DNA of 63,693 nucleotides, the filler included. It is 4 parts of 4 records of this genome, joined end to end, with 100 filler letters (N's around TTAATTAATTAA, not from the genome) between each part and the next. Parts side by side here need not be neighbours in the genome. Positions count along the whole stretch, not along the records: positions 37,088 to 63,693 come from DRR723986_12887; 3 more parts are not named here. One strand, written 5' to 3'. The notes under the pieces were generated by a model. That model was given only the letters and a program-made list of their open reading frames with translations. It had not been told where the DNA came from and made no database searches. The position numbers and the translations under genes were made by a program. Of this stretch, positions 39,062 through 48,102 are shown piece by piece (positions within the stretch are counted from its first letter, which is position 1; every line of letters starts with the position of its first letter).

Positions 39062-39245
39062 GATGATCTGCAATGAAGTAAGTCGCCTTAGCTTTTTTGC
39101 CTGTCAGGGTATAAGACCGATACTTCAGCTACGCTCACTACAAGTAACCGAGACTCTCACAATGGCGTGACAGGCTGAAGTAGCCTCAATTCTTAAGTTT
39201 AACATATCCTACCTTGCCTTTGCTACCTTACTGGCAGAAAAGCGG
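39062..39245 (+). repeat. Dispersed intergenic repeat, copy with a ~31-nt insertion
   Basis: Aligns with the reverse complement of 63539-63693; the core 39169-39207 matches 63578-63616 at 36/39. Confidence 0.8.
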
Positions 39246-39603
39246 GTGAACATATTTAAAATTATTATGTGATAATAAAATACTAGGGAGTGTAGCTAGT
39301 GTATATATAATGTTAAGTTAATTTAATTATAGGTATGTCTACAAAAGATATTAATTAATTAACAAAATAATAATTTAAGCTGGTTTGTTTCTTTTTTTTG
39401 GACTCTTTGTTGGGATTGTTATTCCGCCATTAAAACCTGTGAAAGGCCTTATTTTACATTTTTAAAGGCTTTTTAGGTGTTTGTCGTTTTTTTTAAGTTA
39501 CTGAGATGAAATCATTACCGAGCAAATAATAGATCTTTAAATTGGTTCAGTTTACTTAATATAAGCCTAAAATAGCCTTAACAGGACTGTGTTAGGTAAG
39601 CGG

Positions 39604-39611
39604 TACTTTTG
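39604..39611 (+). promoter_or_regulatory. Bacteroidota -7 promoter element upstream of susC1
   Basis: TACTTTTG matches the TAnnTTTG consensus. Confidence 0.45.
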
Positions 39612-39689
39612 CGTTTGAATTTTGGCTAAGCTAACAGGGTTGGTTTAGTTTTTTATATGAATTGTTCTCTTTTATATACAATAAATTTT

Positions 39690-42600
39690 ATGAATACAAA
39701 ATTACAATTATCTAAAATTATTTATGCGTCCACCTGTATGTTGATTTGGACATCAGTCTCCAGTTCCTCGCAACTACTCGCGAAAGAACTAGAGACTAGA
39801 ACTAGTCTGTCGACATCTACCTTGATTTCGGGTGAACAGTCAGTGACTGGAACGATCACCGATGAAACGGGTCAGCCACTTCCAGGAGCCACAGTTCAGA
39901 TAAAAGGTACTGTAAATGGAACGGTTACTGATCTGGATGGCAAATTTTCAATTGAGGTGGGTGAAGACGCTATTCTTCAGATTTCTTATGTGGGGTATAT
40001 ACTCCAAGAAATCTCCGTGAATGAAAAATCCATCATTGATGTGCAGTTGCAGCCTGATGCTACCCAACTAGACGAACTAGTAGTGATAGGCTATGGTACC
40101 CAAAAAAGATCAGATGTTACTGGGGCTATTGGCTCTGTTAAAAGTGAGGATTTTAATAGGGGAGTGATCACAAATCCAGTTGATCTGTTGCAAGGAAAAA
40201 TGGCAGGCGTAAACATTACTTCTACCAGTGGTGAGCCTGGTGCAAATCAAAATGTGATCATCCGTGGAATCGGAAGTTTACGCTCAGGTACCCAGCCGCT
40301 TTACGTATTGGATGGGTTTTTATTGGATAACTCTGGAACTGGAGTAGCATCAAATCCGCTCAACTTCCTAAATCCCAATGATATTGAAAGTATCGATGTG
40401 CTTAAAGACGCTAGTGCAACTGCGCTTTATGGTTCTCGCGCTTCAAATGGGGTTGTGGTTATTACCACCAAAAAGGGCAAAAAGGGAAGCTCTCAGGTGA
40501 ACCTCTCCGTTGGAACGTCTTGGTCTTCCATGGCAAAGCAGATTGATGTCTTTGGTGCGGATGAGTTTAGAGAGCAAGTAGTGGCAGTAGGAGGGAATCT
40601 GGAGGATTTTGGAGGAAATACCAATTGGCAAGACGAGTTGACTCAAGTAGGCTTTTCTCAGGATTATAGTTTATCCATGAGTGGCGCCAATACGGAGAGA
40701 TTCTCCTATTTCGCTTCATTGGGCTTTCAGGAGCAAGAAGGTATTTTGAAAAACAGTGACTTGAAGCGCTATTCAGGTAAACTAAACGTAAATCAAAAGG
40801 CTTTTGAAGGCAGATTGAATATTGATTACAATCTTACAGCTGCTTACACAGAGAACCTTAGACCTGTAATTACTGGAACGATTAGCGATATGTTGGGGCT
40901 CAACCCCACAATTCCAGCTTTTACTAATGGCGAACCTACGCTGTTGAATACAAATGCATTGAATCCAATCAAGCGATATGATTTGTACAGCGATGATGCG
41001 GCAAACAACCGGATTTTAGGGACCATTTCCCCATCTTTTGAGATTTTTGATGGTTTGACGTATAAGTTGAATTTAGGTGTGGATTATTCCACCACCAACA
41101 GATATGTGCAATACAAGCCATATACAGAGGTGATCAACGAATCTAATGTCTCTGACGGCACCTTGGACGAACTTATTTCTTCCAATACCAATAGCTTGGT
41201 AGAAAACACCCTGACCTATAATTGGAACAATTACAAACACAATTTTACTGTGCTAGCAGGACATTCTTACCAGACTTTTCTGGACGAATTTAGAGGAACT
41301 TATTACCGAGGATTTGCTGCAAACAATATAGAACCAAGATACCAGGACCATAACAGTACTAGCGAGTTTCCAACAACGGTAAATGCTTCTGCGACGCGAA
41401 ATGAATTACAATCTTTCTTTGGCAGATTGAACTACGTATATGCTGATAAATATTTATTTACAGCTACTTTCCGGGCAGATGGTTCTTCCAAATTTGGACA
41501 AAACAATAAGTATGGATACTTCCCTTCATTTGCATTGGGTTGGAATTTGAGTAAAGAAGCTTTTATGGCCAACTCCATTTTCAATAACCTTAAAGTACGT
41601 GCGAGCTGGGGTCAAACAGGAAATCAGGAGATCCCGTCTAAGATCACCAAGGCCAGTTATTCCGAAGATCGATTGGCAACTGGTTCAGGTAGTTTGAATA
41701 CTTACCCAATAGACACTGACGGAACTACGTTAGATAGCTACCCTTACGGTATTGTCTTCACGCGATTAGCAAATCCAAATTTGCAATGGGAAGTTTCTAC
41801 CCAAATCGATTTCGGAATTGATTTTGCCTTGATGGATTACAGGTTGAGCGGTACGTTGGATTACTTCAACAAGGTATCCTCAAATATCCTCCTTGAGGTA
41901 GTTCCTGCAGATCCAGTTCAGCCTACCTCCACTTTTTGGGATAATATCGACAATATGGAAATCCACAATAGTGGTGTGGAGCTTACTTTGAATTATGCTA
42001 GTAAGGAATCAACCAACTTCTCTTATGAAATTGGTGGTAACGTCACATTTATTAAAAATGAGGTGAGAGATTCTCCGTACGCAGTCTTGACTACTGGGGC
42101 AGCGCAGGGCGCAGGCCAAACTGGTGCCACTATTAATGGCTACATTAATAATCAACCGATCGGCGCTTTTTACATGCTTGAGTTTGATGGAATCGGAGAA
42201 GATGGACTCAATAAATTCGTGGATATCAATAATGATGGACAAATTCTGGATAATGACAGAAGTGTAGTAGGAAGCGCTATACCAAAGGTCATTTACGGAT
42301 TCAATACCAATTTTCGATTTAATAGTTTCGACTTGGGTCTAAACTTTAATGGAGCTGCTGGCAACAAGATATACAATCACACGACCATGTCTTTGTTTAC
42401 CAAAGCCCAACTTTCCAGATCAAATAATACCACAGATTTTGCCATACAGTATCCAGAGGAATCTTTCAATAACTCCAATACGGTGTCAACACGATTTTTG
42501 GAGAGTGGGTCATTCTTTAGACTTAACAACGCAACATTGGGCTATAATGTGAATCCAACAAGCTTTGGAATGGGCAATACATTCCAAAATATCCGGCTCT

Positions 42601-42761
42601 CAGTTACCGGTCAGAATCTCTTCGTGATAACTGACTACTCCGGATTTGACCCTGAAGTCAATACAGGTTCTACTTCTTCTGGAATTCAGACTTTCGGTAT
42701 TGACAGATTCACCTACCCAAGAGCGAGGACATTCACAATCAACTTGAATGTCACCTTTTAA
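39690..42761 (+). CDS. SusC/RagA TonB-dependent transporter (1)
   Basis: Carboxypeptidase-reg-like N domain, VVIGYGTQ, plug DIESIDVLKDASATALYGSRASNGVVVITTK, RADGSSKF and C-terminal F. An alternative start is 39657. Confidence 0.93.
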   Translation: MNTKLQLSKIIYASTCMLIWTSVSSSSQLLAKELETRTSLSTSTLISGEQSVTGTITDETGQPLPGATVQIKGTVNGTVTDLDGKFSIEVGEDAILQISYVGYILQEISVNEKSIIDVQLQPDATQLDELVVIGYGTQKRSDVTGAIGSVKSEDFNRGVITNPVDLLQGKMAGVNITSTSGEPGANQNVIIRGIGSLRSGTQPLYVLDGFLLDNSGTGVASNPLNFLNPNDIESIDVLKDASATALYGSRASNGVVVITTKKGKKGSSQVNLSVGTSWSSMAKQIDVFGADEFREQVVAVGGNLEDFGGNTNWQDELTQVGFSQDYSLSMSGANTERFSYFASLGFQEQEGILKNSDLKRYSGKLNVNQKAFEGRLNIDYNLTAAYTENLRPVITGTISDMLGLNPTIPAFTNGEPTLLNTNALNPIKRYDLYSDDAANNRILGTISPSFEIFDGLTYKLNLGVDYSTTNRYVQYKPYTEVINESNVSDGTLDELISSNTNSLVENTLTYNWNNYKHNFTVLAGHSYQTFLDEFRGTYYRGFAANNIEPRYQDHNSTSEFPTTVNASATRNELQSFFGRLNYVYADKYLFTATFRADGSSKFGQNNKYGYFPSFALGWNLSKEAFMANSIFNNLKVRASWGQTGNQEIPSKITKASYSEDRLATGSGSLNTYPIDTDGTTLDSYPYGIVFTRLANPNLQWEVSTQIDFGIDFALMDYRLSGTLDYFNKVSSNILLEVVPADPVQPTSTFWDNIDNMEIHNSGVELTLNYASKESTNFSYEIGGNVTFIKNEVRDSPYAVLTTGAAQGAGQTGATINGYINNQPIGAFYMLEFDGIGEDGLNKFVDINNDGQILDNDRSVVGSAIPKVIYGFNTNFRFNSFDLGLNFNGAAGNKIYNHTTMSLFTKAQLSRSNNTTDFAIQYPEESFNNSNTVSTRFLESGSFFRLNNATLGYNVNPTSFGMGNTFQNIRLSVTGQNLFVITDYSGFDPEVNTGSTSSGIQTFGIDRFTYPRARTFTINLNVTF

Positions 42762-42805
42762 TCACTCAAAGATCACCAGATAATCTTCTAGAAAATTTTA
42801 ATAAA

Positions 42806-44551
42806 ATGAAAAATATCAAGTTTAATAGAATACTTCCCGTAGCTGCATTGTTGCTTGCATTTCTAAGCTGCACTACACTAGATGAAGACATCCTCGATGA
42901 GTCACTTACAGGTACTGGCGAAGCAGAAATCGTCAGCGGGTCTATTGCGCCAGTATATGGGATGCTTCGGCAGGTATGGATGCATACCGTTAATTTTGGT
43001 CTTCAAGAAGTAGCTTCAGACGAAGGGATTCTTCCCTACCGTGGGGGTACAGATTGGTTTGATGGAGGTAAGTTTATCGCTATACACCAGCATTTGATGA
43101 CTCCTGGAAACAGCTTAGTTGGTGATTCTTGGACTTACATCACCTTGACACTTTCCAGAGCAGTAGCGGCAGAGGAGCAATTGACTCTAGAGGTGGAAAA
43201 CGGGAACACGAATGCTCAAAACCCACTGTATGAGATGATAGCAATGAAGGCATATTTGAATATGCTTGCTTTGGACAACTGGGGGTTGGTTTTCAGAAAA
43301 GATGCTTCTGACGAACAGTCTGTCATTTTGCGTGGCCAAGAAGCACTCGATTACATTGAGAATGAGCTGCTTTCGGTTGTCAATGTGATCAGTAGCACTA
43401 ATGGTCCAGGCCGAATAAATAAATATGCTGTTGAGGGAATGTTAGCTCGCTTGTATTTGAATGCCGCTGTATATCGTGATCCTTATGGTACACCTGACTT
43501 CAGAACTGAGGACATGGATAAAGTCATAGAATACACGACTGATATAATCAATGGACCTTACACCTTGTCTGCTGAATACTTCGCTTTATTTAATGATGAT
43601 AATAACACCAATAAGGAGATTATCTTCTCTCTCGACCAGCGTGGTGTCTTGCAGACTGAGCATAGCAGATGGCAATACTGGTCAATTTCGGGTGATCAGG
43701 TTCCAAGACCTGAGTACCCTAGCACTAGAGGAACTGATGCGGTCGCTGCTACACCGGATTTCGTGCAAACCTGGTATGACGCATATGGAAATGTGGATCC
43801 TGCGGATGCAGATGCACGTTTCTTCATGCGCAATACGATGGTTCCTGAGAATCTTCAAGACTTAACAGGGGTTAATCCTACAAATGATGAAGATCACTAT
43901 TACACAGTAGAAGATACCGAGTTTGAAATGGATCGAGGGATTCTTCGAAATATTATCTGGGGACCGCGAAAAGATGAAACCGGAGCAATTATTCGGGATA
44001 CTGATGGGAAAGTGAAAATATATCCAGTGATTAACAGAAGAAGTAGTGGAGCAAATATCCGTTACGTGGATCACACCTTCCAGGTGGATTTTACCAGCGA
44101 GGGTAGCTTGCACAATACTGGAAATCGATTCTCTAAATATCAGTTTAGCCGAACCGCGCCGAATTGCTGTTCAAATAGCAGTGTAGATATCGTTTTGCTG
44201 AGATTAGGTGAGGTTTATTTGATGCGTGCTGAGGCCAAGTTGAGAAAAGGTGATAATGCAGGGGCACTTGCAGATGTCAATACCCTCAGAACTTCGAGAA
44301 CAGCTCGTCCTGCGCAAACACCTGCTCCTTTGGCTTCGATTGATTTGGATATACTATTCCGTGAATCTGGCTTTGAGCTTTATTGGGAAGGTTTGAGAAG
44401 AACCAATCAAATCAGATTTGGTAAATATGAAGATAGCTGGACTGAGAAAACCGATAGCGATCCGAACAAAAGATTGTTCCCAATTCCACAAAGGGCAATT
44501 GATGGAGCCTCAAATGTTTCTGGTTTCTTGGTGCAAAATCAAGGGTATTAA
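42806..44551 (+). CDS. SusD/RagB lipoprotein (1)
   Basis: Lipobox FLSC, LARLYLN, RLGEVYLMRAEA, ELYWEGLRR and QNQGY. Confidence 0.92.
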   Translation: MKNIKFNRILPVAALLLAFLSCTTLDEDILDESLTGTGEAEIVSGSIAPVYGMLRQVWMHTVNFGLQEVASDEGILPYRGGTDWFDGGKFIAIHQHLMTPGNSLVGDSWTYITLTLSRAVAAEEQLTLEVENGNTNAQNPLYEMIAMKAYLNMLALDNWGLVFRKDASDEQSVILRGQEALDYIENELLSVVNVISSTNGPGRINKYAVEGMLARLYLNAAVYRDPYGTPDFRTEDMDKVIEYTTDIINGPYTLSAEYFALFNDDNNTNKEIIFSLDQRGVLQTEHSRWQYWSISGDQVPRPEYPSTRGTDAVAATPDFVQTWYDAYGNVDPADADARFFMRNTMVPENLQDLTGVNPTNDEDHYYTVEDTEFEMDRGILRNIIWGPRKDETGAIIRDTDGKVKIYPVINRRSSGANIRYVDHTFQVDFTSEGSLHNTGNRFSKYQFSRTAPNCCSNSSVDIVLLRLGEVYLMRAEAKLRKGDNAGALADVNTLRTSRTARPAQTPAPLASIDLDILFRESGFELYWEGLRRTNQIRFGKYEDSWTEKTDSDPNKRLFPIPQRAIDGASNVSGFLVQNQGY

Positions 44552-44573
44552 TAGTTGAAAACCTCTTATTAAA

Positions 44574-44611
44574 AGCAAAGCCGATGAGATTACTCATCGG
44601 CTTTGCTATTT
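44574..44611 (+). terminator. Intrinsic terminator after susD1
   Basis: 15-bp perfect stem AGCAAAGCCGATGAG-ATTA-CTCATCGGCTTTGCT followed by ATTT. Confidence 0.85.
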
Positions 44612-44908
44612 GTACGCTTTTAGGGCAAAATAGGACTAGGTAAAGCTACTCATCGTGCCTTTGGCATTCATAGATTTGGGATTGTTTAGGATAGTAGTAG
44701 CCTTAATGAAGGTTGGAAGAAAAAAGCATTTAGGTTGAGCAAGCAAGAGAAAGTTAGAAGGTTGAAAACATCTTACCTAAGGCTAGACCAATACTAGCCC
44801 AGAAACAACATTCTGGGTTCCCTAGGTCGTGTATTTTGAAGAGTGCCTGCGGTACGATCAGTATTGTGTTTCTGATGCTATTCCTTTATCAAGTAAAACT
44901 CCAGAAAA

Positions 44909-46756
44909 TCAATCTTCAATCATTTTGATGGTATTCTTCTTTAGATCAATCGAAAAATGATCTGCAGGCTGGGAATGGAAAAGCAGATCAAAAATCCTAA
45001 AAAACTGAATCAATTCCTTACTATGAATTTGTTCCTGAGAATATGTTTTTTGAATAATCACGGGGATGATTTCCGTGTAAAAACCTAGTCTATTGTCTGG
45101 AATGAGGCGTTTACCAAGGTCATCTCCATTTTTCAAAAGGTAGAAATCATCGATTATACTTAGGTTAGAGCCGCTTTGTGTAGAGCTGGATTTTAACCTA
45201 TTTACTATTTTAGAAAGATAAATTTCCCCTTCTTTTTCATTGATTTGACTCCAATTCCTTAATTCAGATTCCGTCATATTTTGCAACAGCAGGGCGAGGT
45301 TTTCTGGCCAATCTGAAGGAATAAATCTGGACTTGGTCAATTCAAGTAAGTGATTCCGGGTGTATTCCAGGTAATTTTTTGATGCTAGAATGGTGGTGTC
45401 CCAAATTCCAGGATCTTGATTTTCCAGCAGCCATCTATGTTCCATTCTATAGAGATCAAAGAATTCATTCATATGATCTACTTCCGTCAGTGGGATAGTC
45501 TCAATCTCAAAATTGTCTTTCTTCGAGATTTTTGCAGTCTTATAAGCAGGTGGGAAAGCAGCCAAAGAAGGTACTTGAATATTATACATGGTATGGGTGG
45601 TTGATTGGTCTTGATAAACTCCGGTGTCATTGATATGCATGTGTCCGGCAAAATGAATGTTGATGCCTGCAGTGGCGTAGAGTTCGCTGGTTTCGTTGGT
45701 AGGCACGCGCTCCAGTTGAAATTTTCTAGGTCCAAAGAGTGATTTCATTTCTTCGGAAGCTCCATCATGAAACTCCACTAGGGGATAATGGCTGAAAGAA
45801 ATCAGTGTTTTTCCTCTCTTTTCTGCCTCTGCAGCTACTTTTTTAATCCAGTCTAGCTGATGCTTTTTGGAAATAGAAGCTTGGTTGAATCCAACAGAGG
45901 AGCCTTTCCAGCCTTCTTTCAAATCAGTTCCTGAATGGGTGAATACATTGCCATCCAAAGCCAGCAGCCAGATGCCCTCGATAGGCTCAACTACATAACT
46001 GGCATCCGGTAGAAATAACCCTGAATCCGAAAGAGGGTACTTTCTCTGGTCGAGGTTAGCAGAGCCCATAGCCTGATCGAAAGTATAGTTTTCATAGTCA
46101 AGCTCCTGGAAAGGATGTGCCCAAAATAGGTCCTTTTGGCTAGGGAAAAAGCCAAAATTCCCTAAGGCAGCAGTAACCTCAGGATAGCCCCAGTAATTGA
46201 TTTGATCTGATTGCGCCACCTCAAGAGCTGGGAATACCTTTGCATCTCCAGCAATAGCCTGCTCCTTTCCATCGGTGCCAAGAAAATCACGCTTGCCGGC
46301 AAGACCTCCGTAAGGCTTCACTGTGTCATGATTCCCAGTGGTCAGAAAAAAGCGCATTCCAAACTTGCTGGAATAGTGCTCAAGAATTTTCTGTAGAGCT
46401 AGGACATTCATCGGTTGGCCATCATCGGTAAAGTCGCCTGGAAGCACTACGAGCTGAATTCCTTTTTCCCGCAAATCTTCCAATGCGCTGATGAAAGCAA
46501 AATAGTTTTCATTAAAAAGCCGGGTGGAATTCAACTGACTTTTCATGGTACGAATAGTCGCGTATTTGCCGGTTTTTGGATTCAGAATTCCATTAAAATC
46601 AGGTGACTGCAGGTCTGCATAAATGTCCTGAAGATGGATGTCTGAGAGAAAAGCGATTTCAATCTCAGCTGATCCTTGCGCAACGAGCGGTGTATTGGCG
46701 CCGATTAATTGAATTGCAGCGCCAAGTATGCTTGGAAGAAGGTATTTTTTGTTCAA
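44909..46756 (-). CDS. Secreted calcineurin-like metallophosphoesterase
   Basis: Signal peptide; DIH, GDFTDDG, GNHD, SHYP and GHMH metal motifs; TTG start. Confidence 0.87.
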   Translation of the reverse strand: MNKKYLLPSILGAAIQLIGANTPLVAQGSAEIEIAFLSDIHLQDIYADLQSPDFNGILNPKTGKYATIRTMKSQLNSTRLFNENYFAFISALEDLREKGIQLVVLPGDFTDDGQPMNVLALQKILEHYSSKFGMRFFLTTGNHDTVKPYGGLAGKRDFLGTDGKEQAIAGDAKVFPALEVAQSDQINYWGYPEVTAALGNFGFFPSQKDLFWAHPFQELDYENYTFDQAMGSANLDQRKYPLSDSGLFLPDASYVVEPIEGIWLLALDGNVFTHSGTDLKEGWKGSSVGFNQASISKKHQLDWIKKVAAEAEKRGKTLISFSHYPLVEFHDGASEEMKSLFGPRKFQLERVPTNETSELYATAGINIHFAGHMHINDTGVYQDQSTTHTMYNIQVPSLAAFPPAYKTAKISKKDNFEIETIPLTEVDHMNEFFDLYRMEHRWLLENQDPGIWDTTILASKNYLEYTRNHLLELTKSRFIPSDWPENLALLLQNMTESELRNWSQINEKEGEIYLSKIVNRLKSSSTQSGSNLSIIDDFYLLKNGDDLGKRLIPDNRLGFYTEIIPVIIQKTYSQEQIHSKELIQFFRIFDLLFHSQPADHFSIDLKKNTIKMIED

Positions 46757-46771
46757 AATAATGCAGTAAAG

Positions 46772-47851
46772 CTATTTGTTGACCAATACTGGATTAGGTC
46801 TTTCGTAGGTGTTTCCTTCGAAATTAACTTTGTATTCTGATTTAAAGAAAGTAGAAGGGTAATAATAGTCCGTAGAGATTACTTGTGCGCCAGAAGCTTT
46901 TGCCTTTTCAAATGTGGTGTAATCATTTGCTCTGGCCTGTTTCGTGTCAGAATCCGCACGCGTTCTGATCATGTATCCCTTCTGGACTAGGTCTCTGATG
47001 TAGGCTGCATCTTTCACTGCATTATTAATAATCCTGAATCCAGCGGTAGAATTACCTTCTTTTTTATTCACGAAAAGCACAGCATTCTTTAGCTCAGGCT
47101 TAGCCTCGAGATATCGATCGATTTTCTCCTCACTTTCATCCAAAACAAAAAGGAATTTTCCTTTTGCATCATCCAATTTAGGCCAGTTTCCAGCCAACAC
47201 GCCAGCTTCCAAATCAGCATACTTTCCTTTTATCCTATCTGGTGTGATTAGTTTATCTACACCCAAATGCGTTTTGATTTCCAGGTCAATACTATCCAGC
47301 GCGGCAGCAGTGAAAGGTAAAGTAGGGCGAGTGCCAGGTATGTTTCCATCTTTTGCATTGATCAAAATAAAAATAGGATAGTGCTCAGGATTGTTGTCGC
47401 TCCATTTTTTGAGTGCTGTCAAAGCATCCGCAAAAAGTAAGTAGTGAGACTGAAAATCCAGATCCTGCACATGGAACAGTTTCATGCCAGGCTTGGAAAG
47501 TGCATCGCTAGGATCATAATCAGGAATATTTCCTCCGCTGGCTTTGATGATTTCCAATCCTTTTGGGTTTGAATATCTTCCTCCTTCGGGATCATGGTAT
47601 ACATCAAGTTCCAAATTTCTAAGTCCCAGATCAAGTTGAGCTTCTAAAGGAATATGTGCGTATTCCAAACTCTGAGATGCTGATGGGTTCACTTTGGCCA
47701 AATATGCCAGTAATTCCGGTGCCATTTGACTTTTGTAACTGTTGTGACTGCCGATTACCTGAATTTGGTTGATTTTGAGGTCTTGAGCAGAAATAGCAGA
47801 GTAAAAAAACAGGCAAAAAGCTAGTAACAGTACGTTGGTGGAGGTTTTCAT
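46772..47851 (-). CDS. Secreted Ca2+-dependent PI-PLC-like phosphodiesterase
   Basis: Signal peptide; GSHNSYK, QLDLGLRNLELDV, HVQDLDF, RTRAD and GAQVISTDY. Confidence 0.8.
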   Translation of the reverse strand: MKTSTNVLLLAFCLFFYSAISAQDLKINQIQVIGSHNSYKSQMAPELLAYLAKVNPSASQSLEYAHIPLEAQLDLGLRNLELDVYHDPEGGRYSNPKGLEIIKASGGNIPDYDPSDALSKPGMKLFHVQDLDFQSHYLLFADALTALKKWSDNNPEHYPIFILINAKDGNIPGTRPTLPFTAAALDSIDLEIKTHLGVDKLITPDRIKGKYADLEAGVLAGNWPKLDDAKGKFLFVLDESEEKIDRYLEAKPELKNAVLFVNKKEGNSTAGFRIINNAVKDAAYIRDLVQKGYMIRTRADSDTKQARANDYTTFEKAKASGAQVISTDYYYPSTFFKSEYKVNFEGNTYERPNPVLVNK

Positions 47852-48102
47852 AAGATGTATTTTGAATAGCAAGTTCCTACTAATTTGAGGATGATTTTTA
47901 TTTTTTGCTTCATGTTTATGTTATGATTTAAAAGAATCTGAAATCGAAGTCAGCCATACAATAGCTTTATTAGTAGGGTATTAATTTTTTAAACTGGTTT
48001 CTATGTTTTACTCTAATGCTTTATAGTTTATGAATATGTTAAGGCTTTGTTTTTTGAACATAATGAAGGCATTTAATCCTATTGAATACCCTAATTTTAG
48101 GC

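Noticed and set aside
39062-39245. Repeat upstream of susC as a cobalamin or TPP riboswitch
   Set aside because: The conserved B12-box and TPP core sequences could not be found by eye.
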